Shown piece by piece: positions 48,901 to 57,192 of a DNA stretch of 64,000 nucleotides. Positions within the stretch are counted from its first letter, which is position 1. Each line of letters starts with the position of its first letter. The notes beneath the pieces were generated by a model, which was not told where the DNA came from, searched no databases, and was given only the letters and a program-made list of their open reading frames with translations. This DNA comes from Faecousia sp. Its GTDB lineage: Bacteria > Bacillota > Clostridia > Oscillospirales > Oscillospiraceae. The position numbers were made by a program, and so were the translations under genes. Location of the stretch: contig JAZSGS010000013.1 in the NCBI GenBank assembly GCA_045532855.1, positions 15,480 to 79,479 on the forward strand, read 5' to 3'.

Positions 48901-50121
48901 ATGAATAAAGAAAACATTAAGAAGGTCGTTCTGGCCTATTCCGGCGGCCTGGACACATCTATTATTATCCCCTGGCTGAAGGAAAATTACAATAACTGCG
49001 AAGTCATCGCCGTTGCCGGCAACGTCGGTCAGGCTGACGAGCTGGAGGGTCTGGAAGCCAAGGCTATCGCCACCGGCGCATCCAAGCTGATCGTTGCCGA
49101 CCTGGTGGACGAGATGGTAGACGAGATCATCATTCCCGCTATGAAGATGGATGCCAAGTACGAGACCTATCTGCTGGGCACTGCATTTGCCCGTCCCGTC
49201 ATCGGCAAAAGATTAGCGGAGATCGCTCTGGCTGAGGGCGCTGATGCCATTTGCCACGGCGCAACCGGCAAGGGCAACGACCAGGTTCGTTTCGAGCTGG
49301 CTATCAAGCGTTTCGCTCCCGAGATGAAGATCATCGCTCCATGGCGTGAGTGGGATATCAAGTCCCGTGAAGAGGAGATCGAGTATGCGGAGGCACGGAA
49401 CATCCCCCTGAAGATCAGCCGTGAGACCAACTACTCCAAGGATAAGAACCTGTGGCACCTGAGCCACGAGGGTCTGGATCTGGAAGATCCCGCCAACGAG
49501 CCTCAGTACGACAAGCCCGGTTTCCTGGAGATGGGTGTTTCCCCCATGCAGGCACCCGATGTTCCTACATATGTTACCATCGACTTTGAGGCTGGCGCAC
49601 CCGTTGCTCTGAACGGTGAGAAGATGAAGGCCTCCAAGATCATTGAGAAGCTGAACGAAGTTGGCGGCGCCAACGGCATCGGCATCATCGACATCGTGGA
49701 AAACCGTCTGGTGGGTATGAAGGACCGCGGCGTATACGAGACCCCCGGCGGCACCATTTTGTACTTTGCCCACAATCAGCTGGAAATGCTGACCGTGGAT
49801 AAGGATACTCTGCACGTTAAGCAGAAGCTGGCTGTGGACTACGCTGACCTGATCTACAACGGCAAGTGGTACTCTCCTCTGCAGGAGGCTCTGACCGCTT
49901 TTGCCAACGAGTCCAACAAGTTCGTTACCGGCTCTGTAAAGCTGAAGCTGTACAAGGGCAACATCATCCCCGCCGGTACTACCTCTCCCTACTCTCTGTA
50001 CTCCGAGAGCCTGGTTACCTTCGACGAAAGCGATTACGACCAGAAGCAGGCTGAGGGCTTCATCAATCTGTGGGGCCTGCCCACCCAGGTGCAGGCACTG
50101 CGGGAGCAGGGTAAGCTGTAA
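48901..50121 (+). CDS. argG: Argininosuccinate synthase
   Basis: [39 protein letters not shown]. Confidence 0.98.
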   Translation: MNKENIKKVVLAYSGGLDTSIIIPWLKENYNNCEVIAVAGNVGQADELEGLEAKAIATGASKLIVADLVDEMVDEIIIPAMKMDAKYETYLLGTAFARPVIGKRLAEIALAEGADAICHGATGKGNDQVRFELAIKRFAPEMKIIAPWREWDIKSREEEIEYAEARNIPLKISRETNYSKDKNLWHLSHEGLDLEDPANEPQYDKPGFLEMGVSPMQAPDVPTYVTIDFEAGAPVALNGEKMKASKIIEKLNEVGGANGIGIIDIVENRLVGMKDRGVYETPGGTILYFAHNQLEMLTVDKDTLHVKQKLAVDYADLIYNGKWYSPLQEALTAFANESNKFVTGSVKLKLYKGNIIPAGTTSPYSLYSESLVTFDESDYDQKQAEGFINLWGLPTQVQALREQGKL

Positions 50122-50122
50122 T

Positions 50123-51496
50123 ATGGCAAAGATGTGGGCCGGTGTAACTGCCGGCGTAACCGACAGCATTGCGGATGATTTCAATTCTTCCATCCACTTT
50201 GACTGTAAAATGTATAAAGAGGATATCACCGGCTCTATGGCCCACGCGGCTATGCTGGCAGGCAAGGGGATCATCTCCCAGAAGGATGCCGACCTGCTGA
50301 TCGACGGTTTGCAGGGGATTTTAGAGGATCTGGAGTCCGGCAAGCTGGAATTTGATCTAAGCTGCGAGGATATACATATGTTTGTAGAGCAGGTGCTGAC
50401 CGAGCGCATCGGCGACACCGGCAAGAAGCTGCATACCGCCCGAAGCCGAAACGATCAGGTGGCGCTGGACCTGAGAATGTTCCTGCGAAACCGGACAGAC
50501 GAGGTCATCGCCCTTACGAAGGACGCGGTTGCCGCCATCTATGAGCAGGCAAACGCCAACAAGAGCGTGATCATGCCGGGCTACACTCACCTGCAAAGGG
50601 CGCAGCCGATCCTGTTCAGCCATCATATTTTAGCCTATGCGATGATGCTGCTGCGGGATATTGACAGACTTGCCGATTGCCGACGACGAATGAATGTTTC
50701 GCCCATCGGCAGCTGCGCGCTGGCTGGCACTACTTACGATACTGACCGGGAATTTGAAGCAAAGCAGCTTGGCTTTGACAGCATTTGCCTCAACTCCATC
50801 GACGGCGTTTCCGACCGGGACTTCTGCCTGGAGCTGATGAGCGACTTGGCCATTTTAATGATGCACCTGAGCCGCTTCAGCGAGGAGATCATCCTCTGGG
50901 CAAGCTGGGAGTTCAAGTTTATTGCCCTCAGCGATTCCTACACCACCGGCTCGTCCATTATGCCCCAGAAGAAGAATCCGGATATGGCGGAGCTGATCCG
51001 CGGCAAGACCGGCCGTGTTTACGGCGATCTGATGGGACTGCTGACCACTATGAAGGGCTTGCCCCTTGCATACAACAAGGATATGCAGGAGGATAAGGAA
51101 GCAGTATTTGATGCGGTTGACACTGTGGTGCAATGCCTGCAGGTGTTTGCTCCGATGCTGCGAACCTTAAAGACCATTCCGGAGAATATGAAGAAGGCGG
51201 CGCAGGGCGGCTTTATCAATGCCACCGACCTTGCCGACTATCTGGTGAAGAAGGGCCTGCCCTTCCGCAGCGCCTATAAGATCTCCGGACAGCTGGTAGC
51301 CAAGTGCATCCAGGACGGCTGTGTGCTGGAAGACCTGCCCTTGGAAACCTATAAGACCTTCAGCGAACTGTTTGAAGAAGATCTGTATTGTGAAATTGAT
51401 CTGCTTACCTGCGTGCAGAAGCGGATCAGTCAGGGGGGAACCTGCATCTCCTCTGTGGAGCAGCAGCTCCAATATGTGCAGGAAAAACTACAGTAA
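50123..51496 (+). CDS. argH: Argininosuccinate lyase
   Basis: HTARSRNDQ, PGYTHLQ, GSSIMPQKKNPD, YNKDMQEDKE. Confidence 0.98.
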   Translation: MAKMWAGVTAGVTDSIADDFNSSIHFDCKMYKEDITGSMAHAAMLAGKGIISQKDADLLIDGLQGILEDLESGKLEFDLSCEDIHMFVEQVLTERIGDTGKKLHTARSRNDQVALDLRMFLRNRTDEVIALTKDAVAAIYEQANANKSVIMPGYTHLQRAQPILFSHHILAYAMMLLRDIDRLADCRRRMNVSPIGSCALAGTTYDTDREFEAKQLGFDSICLNSIDGVSDRDFCLELMSDLAILMMHLSRFSEEIILWASWEFKFIALSDSYTTGSSIMPQKKNPDMAELIRGKTGRVYGDLMGLLTTMKGLPLAYNKDMQEDKEAVFDAVDTVVQCLQVFAPMLRTLKTIPENMKKAAQGGFINATDLADYLVKKGLPFRSAYKISGQLVAKCIQDGCVLEDLPLETYKTFSELFEEDLYCEIDLLTCVQKRISQGGTCISSVEQQLQYVQEKLQ

Positions 51497-51518
51497 TTTA
51501 TTTTAGGAGGAAACTATT

Positions 51519-52346
51519 ATGTTGAAAAAGATTATTGCACTGACTTTGGCCATTCTGATGGTCGCCGCTTGTATGACCGCCTGCGCTGGCAACAACAACC
51601 AGACTGCCGGCACTAAGATCGCTGTCCAGAAGGGCACCACAAGCCTGATGTATGCTCAGGTCCTGAAGGGTGCAGAGGCTGTGTCCTACGATACCTTCGC
51701 ACTGGCTGCCAACGATATGAAGAACGGCAATGCTGACTATGTCTTCGTTGATAAGACCACTGCTAAGGCACTGTGCAAGGAAATTTCCGGCATCAAGATG
51801 ATCGACATCGCCCTGTCCAGCGAGAACTACGGCATCGGCATCGACCCCAACCAGGCTGACCTGAAGACCAAGATCGACGGCATTCTGACCGATAAGGCTG
51901 CTGAGATCGACGCCATCAAGGATAAGTATATGAACGGCGACGAGGCAAACTATGTTGGCGTTACATCTGCTACTAAGGATGTCAACCGTGCAGCTGAGCA
52001 GCTGGTAGTTGCTACTAACGCTGAGTTTGCTCCCTGGGAGTACAAGGAAGGCAACCAGTACTTCGGTATCGATATGGAGATCGCACAGCTGATCGCTAAC
52101 GAGCTGGGTCTGGAGCTGGTTATCGACGATATGGACTTTGATATGGTCGTCGGTGCTGTCGGCAAGCAGAGCGTGGATATCGCAATGTCCGGCATCACCA
52201 TCACCGCAGAGCGTATGAATGTTATCAACTTCTCCATTCCTTACTACACCGAGGCTATCGTAGCTGTATGTAAGGCAGACGATACCTCCCTGGATTCTGT
52301 AGGTACCGTTGTTGATATGCTGAATGTTATTTGCACTGCTAACTAA
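51519..52346 (+). CDS. Polar amino-acid ABC substrate-binding lipoprotein (family 3), circularly permuted
   Basis: Lipobox MTAC; KIAVQKGTT/ENYGIG half comes before the VATNAEFAPWEY/GIDME/SGITITAER/FSIPYY half. Confidence 0.85.
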   Translation: MLKKIIALTLAILMVAACMTACAGNNNQTAGTKIAVQKGTTSLMYAQVLKGAEAVSYDTFALAANDMKNGNADYVFVDKTTAKALCKEISGIKMIDIALSSENYGIGIDPNQADLKTKIDGILTDKAAEIDAIKDKYMNGDEANYVGVTSATKDVNRAAEQLVVATNAEFAPWEYKEGNQYFGIDMEIAQLIANELGLELVIDDMDFDMVVGAVGKQSVDIAMSGITITAERMNVINFSIPYYTEAIVAVCKADDTSLDSVGTVVDMLNVICTAN

Positions 52347-52442
52347 AAAAGAAAAGGTGAACACAAAGGCTTAGTCTGTGTGGCTGCGGAGGGGAGACCC
52401 TCCGCAGCCTGCAAGCACTAGGCCTTTGCATTGGTTAAGAAT

Positions 52443-53150
52443 ATGACTAATTTTACTCAAATGTGGAATGAATTTGTCAAGCAATTCATCACCCTGAGAG
52501 GCTATGAGAATGTTCTCAAGGGTCTTTGGGCGACATTGCAGATCGCAGTGATCGGATTGCTGATCGGCATCGCTATCGGCACGCTGATTGCCGTGGTAAG
52601 AGTGATGCCCAAATATAAGCTGCTCCCTAGAATTCTGGACAAGATTTGTGTTTGCTACATTGAATTGTTCCGGGGCACACCTATGGTGGTGCAGCTGCTG
52701 ATCGGCTATTGGGTGCTGCTGCCGCTGATGGGAATCACGGTCAACTCCGGCATTCCTGTAGCGGTGATCGTATTCGGCTTGAACAGTGGCGCCTATGTCA
52801 GCGAAATTATGCGCGGCGGTATCAATTCCGTGGACAAAGGCCAAATGGAGGCCGGCAGAGCTGTGGGTCTGACCTATGCAACTACGATGCTGAAGGTCGT
52901 AGTACCCCAGGCAATTAAAAATATCCTCCCCACTCTTGGCAATGAGTTTATTGTTTTGATCAAGGAAACCTCTATCGTAAGCTTTATTGCGGTAACGGAT
53001 CTGTATAAGTCCTTTAAGCAGCTGGGCGATCCTACCTACAACTATACGATGCCTTATCTGATGCTGGCGCTGACCTATCTGGTTATGGTCCTGTTGATCT
53101 CCTGGGGTGTCAGAGCGTTGGAAACAAGAATGAAGAAGAGTGAGAGATAA
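52443..53150 (+). CDS. Polar amino-acid ABC permease
   Basis: [35 protein letters not shown]. Confidence 0.93.
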   Translation: MTNFTQMWNEFVKQFITLRGYENVLKGLWATLQIAVIGLLIGIAIGTLIAVVRVMPKYKLLPRILDKICVCYIELFRGTPMVVQLLIGYWVLLPLMGITVNSGIPVAVIVFGLNSGAYVSEIMRGGINSVDKGQMEAGRAVGLTYATTMLKVVVPQAIKNILPTLGNEFIVLIKETSIVSFIAVTDLYKSFKQLGDPTYNYTMPYLMLALTYLVMVLLISWGVRALETRMKKSER

Positions 53151-53151
53151 T

Positions 53152-53991
53152 ATGGAAAAGCAGTTAATTTTATCGGTAAAAAACCTCACCAAGAAATTTG
53201 ATAAAGTCGAGGTCCTCAAGGGTGTAAACCTGGATGTTTACGAGGGAGATGTGGTTGCCATTATCGGCGCTTCCGGTTGTGGTAAGTCCACATTTTTAAG
53301 ATGCGTCAACTGTCTGGAAGATCCTTCCGGCGGTACGATTATGTTCCAGGGCGAGGATCTGGCGGATATGAAGGTGGATATCAATATCCATCGCCAGAAG
53401 ATCGGTATGGTGTTCCAGCAGTTTAACCTGTTTAACAACCTGTCGGTGCTGGACAACATTACCCTGGCACCCCGGGTCGTGGCGAAGAAAAAGAGAAGAA
53501 GCCTGCAGCGCAAGAACCTTGCCATCAGCCTGGGCAACCTGTTTAAGAAGGAAAAGAAGGAACTTTATGACCTGGGCTGCACCGTTGCCGAGGCGAAGGC
53601 GCAATCGGAAAAGAAGGCTATGGAGCTGCTTCGTGCCATTGGTCTGGAGGAGAAGGCTGCCGCCTACCCCTCTCAGCTTTCCGGCGGTCAGAAGCAACGA
53701 GTGGCCATCGTCCGCGCCCTTGCCATGGACCCGGAGGTTATCCTGTTTGACGAGCCTACCTCTGCCCTTGATCCGGAAATGGTGGGCGAGGTGCTGGATG
53801 TTATGAAGGCACTTGCCAAAAAGGGAATGACAATGGTGGTGGTTACCCACGAGATGGGCTTTGCCCGTGAGGTTTCCAACCGCGTGCTGTTTATGGACGA
53901 CGGCGTCATTGCTGAAGAAGGAACACCGGCAGAGGTATTTGACAATCCCAAGTGCGAACGGCTGCAGTCCTTCCTGGCGAAAGTTCTGTAA
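53152..53991 (+). CDS. Polar amino-acid ABC ATP-binding protein (GlnQ-type)
   Basis: [44 protein letters not shown]. Confidence 0.95.
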   Translation: MEKQLILSVKNLTKKFDKVEVLKGVNLDVYEGDVVAIIGASGCGKSTFLRCVNCLEDPSGGTIMFQGEDLADMKVDINIHRQKIGMVFQQFNLFNNLSVLDNITLAPRVVAKKKRRSLQRKNLAISLGNLFKKEKKELYDLGCTVAEAKAQSEKKAMELLRAIGLEEKAAAYPSQLSGGQKQRVAIVRALAMDPEVILFDEPTSALDPEMVGEVLDVMKALAKKGMTMVVVTHEMGFAREVSNRVLFMDDGVIAEEGTPAEVFDNPKCERLQSFLAKVL

Positions 53992-54003
53992 TCGAGGTGT
54001 AAT

Positions 54004-54981
54004 ATGAAGGGCAAACATTTTCTGAAACTGCTGGATTTTACCCCGGCGCAGATCACTGAGCTTTTGGATTCCGCTGCCGACTTTAAGGCAAAGAAAAAGG
54101 CTGGTGCTCCCCATAAGATCCACGAGGGCAAGAACATTGTCCTGCTGTTTGAGAAGGATTCTACCCGTACCCGTTGCGCATTTGAGGTTGCCGGCGCGGA
54201 TCTGGGTATGTCCGTTACCTATCTAGGACCCAGCGGCAGCCAGATGGGCAAAAAAGAGTCCATTGCCGATACCGCCCGGGTGCTGGGCAGAATGTACGAC
54301 GGCATTGAGTATCGCGGCTTTGACCAGACCATCGTGGAGACCTTGGCAGAGTATGCCGGTGTGCCTGTATGGAACGGCTTGACCAACGAGTTCCATCCCA
54401 CCCAGATTCTGGCGGATATGCTGACCATTCGGGAGCATTTCGGCACGCTCAAGGGCAAGAAGCTGGTGTATATGGGCGATGCCCGGTACAATATGGGCAA
54501 TTCTCTGATGGTGGGCTGCGCCAAGCTGGGTATGCACTTCGTGGCTTGCGCCCCGGAGGCCTATTTCCCCGGCAAGGAATTGATCGAAACCTGCCAGGCG
54601 GTTGCCGCTGAGACTGGCGCGACACTGGAGTTCATCACCGACCCGATGGTAGCAACCAAGGGTGCCGATGTGATCTACACCGATGTGTGGGTATCTATGG
54701 GCGAGCCGGACAGCGTTTGGGAGGAGCGGATCCGCTTGATGACTCCCTACCGGGTGACCAAGGAACTGATGGACAATGCAGGACCCCAGTGCCGGTTTAT
54801 GCACTGCTTGCCGGCGTTCCACGATCTGAATACGGTCATCGGTAAGCAGATCTACGATAAGTTCGGCATTGACTGTATGGAGGTTACCGACGAGGTATTT
54901 GAGAGCGAACAGTCTATCGTTTTCGACGAGGCGGAAAACCGGATGCATACCATCAAGGCCGTTATGGCAGCAACGCTGTAA
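54004..54981 (+). CDS. argF: Ornithine carbamoyltransferase
   Basis: STRTR, HPTQ, DVWVSMG, HCLP. Confidence 0.96.
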   Translation: MKGKHFLKLLDFTPAQITELLDSAADFKAKKKAGAPHKIHEGKNIVLLFEKDSTRTRCAFEVAGADLGMSVTYLGPSGSQMGKKESIADTARVLGRMYDGIEYRGFDQTIVETLAEYAGVPVWNGLTNEFHPTQILADMLTIREHFGTLKGKKLVYMGDARYNMGNSLMVGCAKLGMHFVACAPEAYFPGKELIETCQAVAAETGATLEFITDPMVATKGADVIYTDVWVSMGEPDSVWEERIRLMTPYRVTKELMDNAGPQCRFMHCLPAFHDLNTVIGKQIYDKFGIDCMEVTDEVFESEQSIVFDEAENRMHTIKAVMAATL

Positions 54982-54991
54982 AGAGGATATG

Positions 54992-55023
54992 AAAAAACAC
55001 CGACCGCAAGGTCGGTGTTTTTT
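54992..55023. terminator. Bidirectional terminator
   Basis: AAAAAACACCGACC-GCAA-GGTCGGTGTTTTTT. Confidence 0.8.
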
Positions 55024-55038
55024 GCTTTTACAGGGAGA

Positions 55039-56454
55039 TCACATAAATCTACAGCTTGAATCCAGGCAACATCCAGGATTATCTGCATTGTTACAGTGCA
55101 CGATCGTAAAACTGTCAGACCGTTTTGTGCAGATAGCTCCGTTGCGATAAATACATTCAAGTCGCTTGCCGGATATATTGACAGCAGGTTGTGTTGGCGC
55201 AGACTTAGTTTCGGTTGTGTCATTTTCTAGACTGTCAATAACCTTTACCAAACGGCGGATCAGATCACTACATAGATTTGCATATTCTTCCGAAAGCTGG
55301 TTGCTGGCTTTGGATTTCCGTAAACGATCCAAAGCGGTACGCACTTCCTCTTCCGTTTCAATCTTATCAACTTGAAATGCGGTGAAATAATACAAGAATG
55401 TGCTGTTTGCTGAATAATTGCCGTGATACTCCAAAACTTTTAGCGATTGATATGCCAATTCATAAAAGCCGTGTTGCTCTTTTTGTGTTCTTTCGTCTGA
55501 GGTTGCCTGCAGCAGTGCGTTTTGGGCAATTGCCATAGCGGCATCGTAATGGCCAAGCGCAGCAATTTCAGTCAACTTGGTTAAATCTGTGGTGCCTTCC
55601 TCTAAATACTGCTGATATAGAGCATCGGCCTTTTCACGCTTTTCAGCTAATATCCGGTTGCGTTCCTTTTTTTCTTCTTGCTCTTTTCTTTCTTTCTCCT
55701 CGCGTTCCTGCTGTTCTTTTTCTTTGCGTGCCTGTTCTTCTTGAAACTCGCGCAGTTTCTTTTTGTCCTCTTCCTCTTTTTCCAAACGAGGAATCAATTC
55801 GCTAAATTCATCCGTAATTTCTGCCTTCAGCGCGTAGTTCTCTTTCCAAAAGCCCTGAACCAAAAGAACAAAAATACCTCTAAAAAGGAATAACACTAAG
55901 TAGAAGATTAGAGTATAGCACACACCGGCGAACACACCGGCAAATACATTTCCGCATTGGCAACCCACTGTAATAAAGGTCGCTAAGGAGAGAATAAAGT
56001 ACCAAACAATGTTAGCGATATTTGATACATCATACTCCCTCCTGGTTGCCTCTTCAAAATTCTCTTTCAGGGATTTTGCATAGAGCAGAGTCTGCTTCTT
56101 GCCTTGAACCTTCCAGTTGAACTGCTTTTTGGGTATGGCATAGAGGCATGTTACGAGGGTGGAAAGGATAGAGGAGGCTGCACCAAGAATAAGTAATATA
56201 CCCCATGTGGGCAAGCCAAAATTGGCAAGAAAACTTACAATACAATTCCACAGGAAAGACACGCCGGGAACATTTATGCGCGCCAGCTCCTCCGGGCTGG
56301 CAAACCAAGAAACAGTCATTCCGTAGGCCACCAATATGGAGCCGACAACCGTGAAAAGGGCTGCCTTGCCGCGCGCAAAGCGTTCAATTGATGTGCGACA
56401 GGTTTGGAGAGCATCATATTTTGATATTTTCTCCTCTAATTCAACAAAAGTCAT
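55039..56454 (-). CDS. Hypothetical membrane protein (TM helices, charged coiled coil, helical region, Cys-rich C-terminus)
   Basis: 471-aa ORF with GGAGG RBS; visibly AT-richer than flanks; no family recognised. Confidence 0.7.
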   Translation of the reverse strand: MTFVELEEKISKYDALQTCRTSIERFARGKAALFTVVGSILVAYGMTVSWFASPEELARINVPGVSFLWNCIVSFLANFGLPTWGILLILGAASSILSTLVTCLYAIPKKQFNWKVQGKKQTLLYAKSLKENFEEATRREYDVSNIANIVWYFILSLATFITVGCQCGNVFAGVFAGVCYTLIFYLVLFLFRGIFVLLVQGFWKENYALKAEITDEFSELIPRLEKEEEDKKKLREFQEEQARKEKEQQEREEKERKEQEEKKERNRILAEKREKADALYQQYLEEGTTDLTKLTEIAALGHYDAAMAIAQNALLQATSDERTQKEQHGFYELAYQSLKVLEYHGNYSANSTFLYYFTAFQVDKIETEEEVRTALDRLRKSKASNQLSEEYANLCSDLIRRLVKVIDSLENDTTETKSAPTQPAVNISGKRLECIYRNGAICTKRSDSFTIVHCNNADNPGCCLDSSCRFM

Positions 56455-56496
56455 AACAAAACCTCCCTAAACAGCACAAAATCTAGATATTCCAAT

Positions 56497-56518
56497 TATA
56501 CTTAATATATTAAGTATA
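56497..56518. promoter_or_regulatory. Perfect 22-bp palindrome, probable XRE operator
   Basis: TATACTTAATATATTAAGTATA between divergent genes; extra half-site TTAAGTAT at 56528-56535. Confidence 0.55.
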
Positions 56519-56553
56519 GTCAAGAGGTTAAGTATGGTAAACTAATCTTGGTG

Positions 56554-56760
56554 ATGAAAATGATTAGCTACAAGCCCTTTTATGACACGCTGTTTAGGAA
56601 GGGAATAACCGAGTATAATTTGATCTTTAAGCAAGGCTTTTCTGCCAATACCCTTCACCGCATCAAAAAGGGTGAAGCCATCAGCACGAAAACCTTGGAT
56701 GCACTGTGTTATGCGTTGGATTGCGAAGTTGGCGATATTATTAAGTTTGAAAAAGAATAA
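56554..56760 (+). CDS. Small Cro/C1-type (XRE) HTH regulator
   Basis: MISYKPF..L...GIT.Y.L....FSANTL.RIK.G..IS..TLD.LC..LDCEVGDII. Confidence 0.85.
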   Translation: MKMISYKPFYDTLFRKGITEYNLIFKQGFSANTLHRIKKGEAISTKTLDALCYALDCEVGDIIKFEKE

Positions 56761-56895
56761 CACCTGCTATCGTGCGATGGCAGGTGTTTTTATTAGGTGA
56801 AATCGTGGCTGTCGCCAAGAGCCGCCTTTCGAATCCGTCCTCCAAATACCCATACCAAACCAAAGACACCAGCCGTTAGGCTGGTGTCTTTGGTT

Positions 56896-56980
56896 TGGTG
56901 GGGGAGGACGGATTCGAACCATCGAAGCGATACGCAGCAGATTTACAGTCTGTCCCCTTTGGCCACTCGGGAACTCCCCC
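56896..56980 (-). tRNA. tRNA-Tyr(GTA)
   Basis: GGGGGAGTTCCCGAGTGGCCAAAGGGGACAGACTGTAAATCTG...GGTTCGAATCCGTCCTCCCCCACCA; long variable arm, encoded CCA. Confidence 0.97.
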
Positions 56981-57007
56981 ATATTCAGTTCATTTCAGCA
57001 ACCTGTC

Positions 57008-57083
57008 TGGAGCCGGTAGACGGACTCGAACCCCCGACCTACTGATTACAAATCAGTTGCTCTACCAACTGAGCTATACCGGC
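57008..57083 (-). tRNA. tRNA-Thr(TGT)
   Basis: GCCGGTATAGCTCAGTTGGTAGAGCAACTGATTTGTAATCAG...GTTCGAGTCCGTCTACCGGCTCCA. Confidence 0.97.
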
Positions 57084-57102
57084 AACTGAACAGAACACGC
57101 TT

Positions 57103-57131
57103 ATTATAGCCACGCAGGCGGCTTTTGTCAA
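57103..57131 (-). promoter_or_regulatory. Sigma-A promoter of the tRNA pair
   Basis: TTGACA-17 bp-TATAAT. Confidence 0.85.
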
Positions 57132-57154
57132 GCCCTTTTTCATCTTTTTTGCCG

Positions 57155-57186
57155 AAAAAAACCGGGGTGAATTTCACCCCGGTTTT
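57155..57186 (-). terminator. ileS terminator
   Basis: AAAACCGGGGTGAA-T-TTCACCCCGGTTTT. Confidence 0.8.
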
Positions 57187-57192
57187 GCTTCA

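Noticed and set aside
52366-52428. GC-rich hairpin after the binding-protein gene as a novel ncRNA
   Set aside because: No U tract or family motif; most simply an intra-operon mRNA-stabilising stem-loop typical after ABC binding-protein genes
55039-56895. Prophage or ICE integrated at tRNA-Tyr
   Set aside because: No integrase, no direct att repeat found, only two genes
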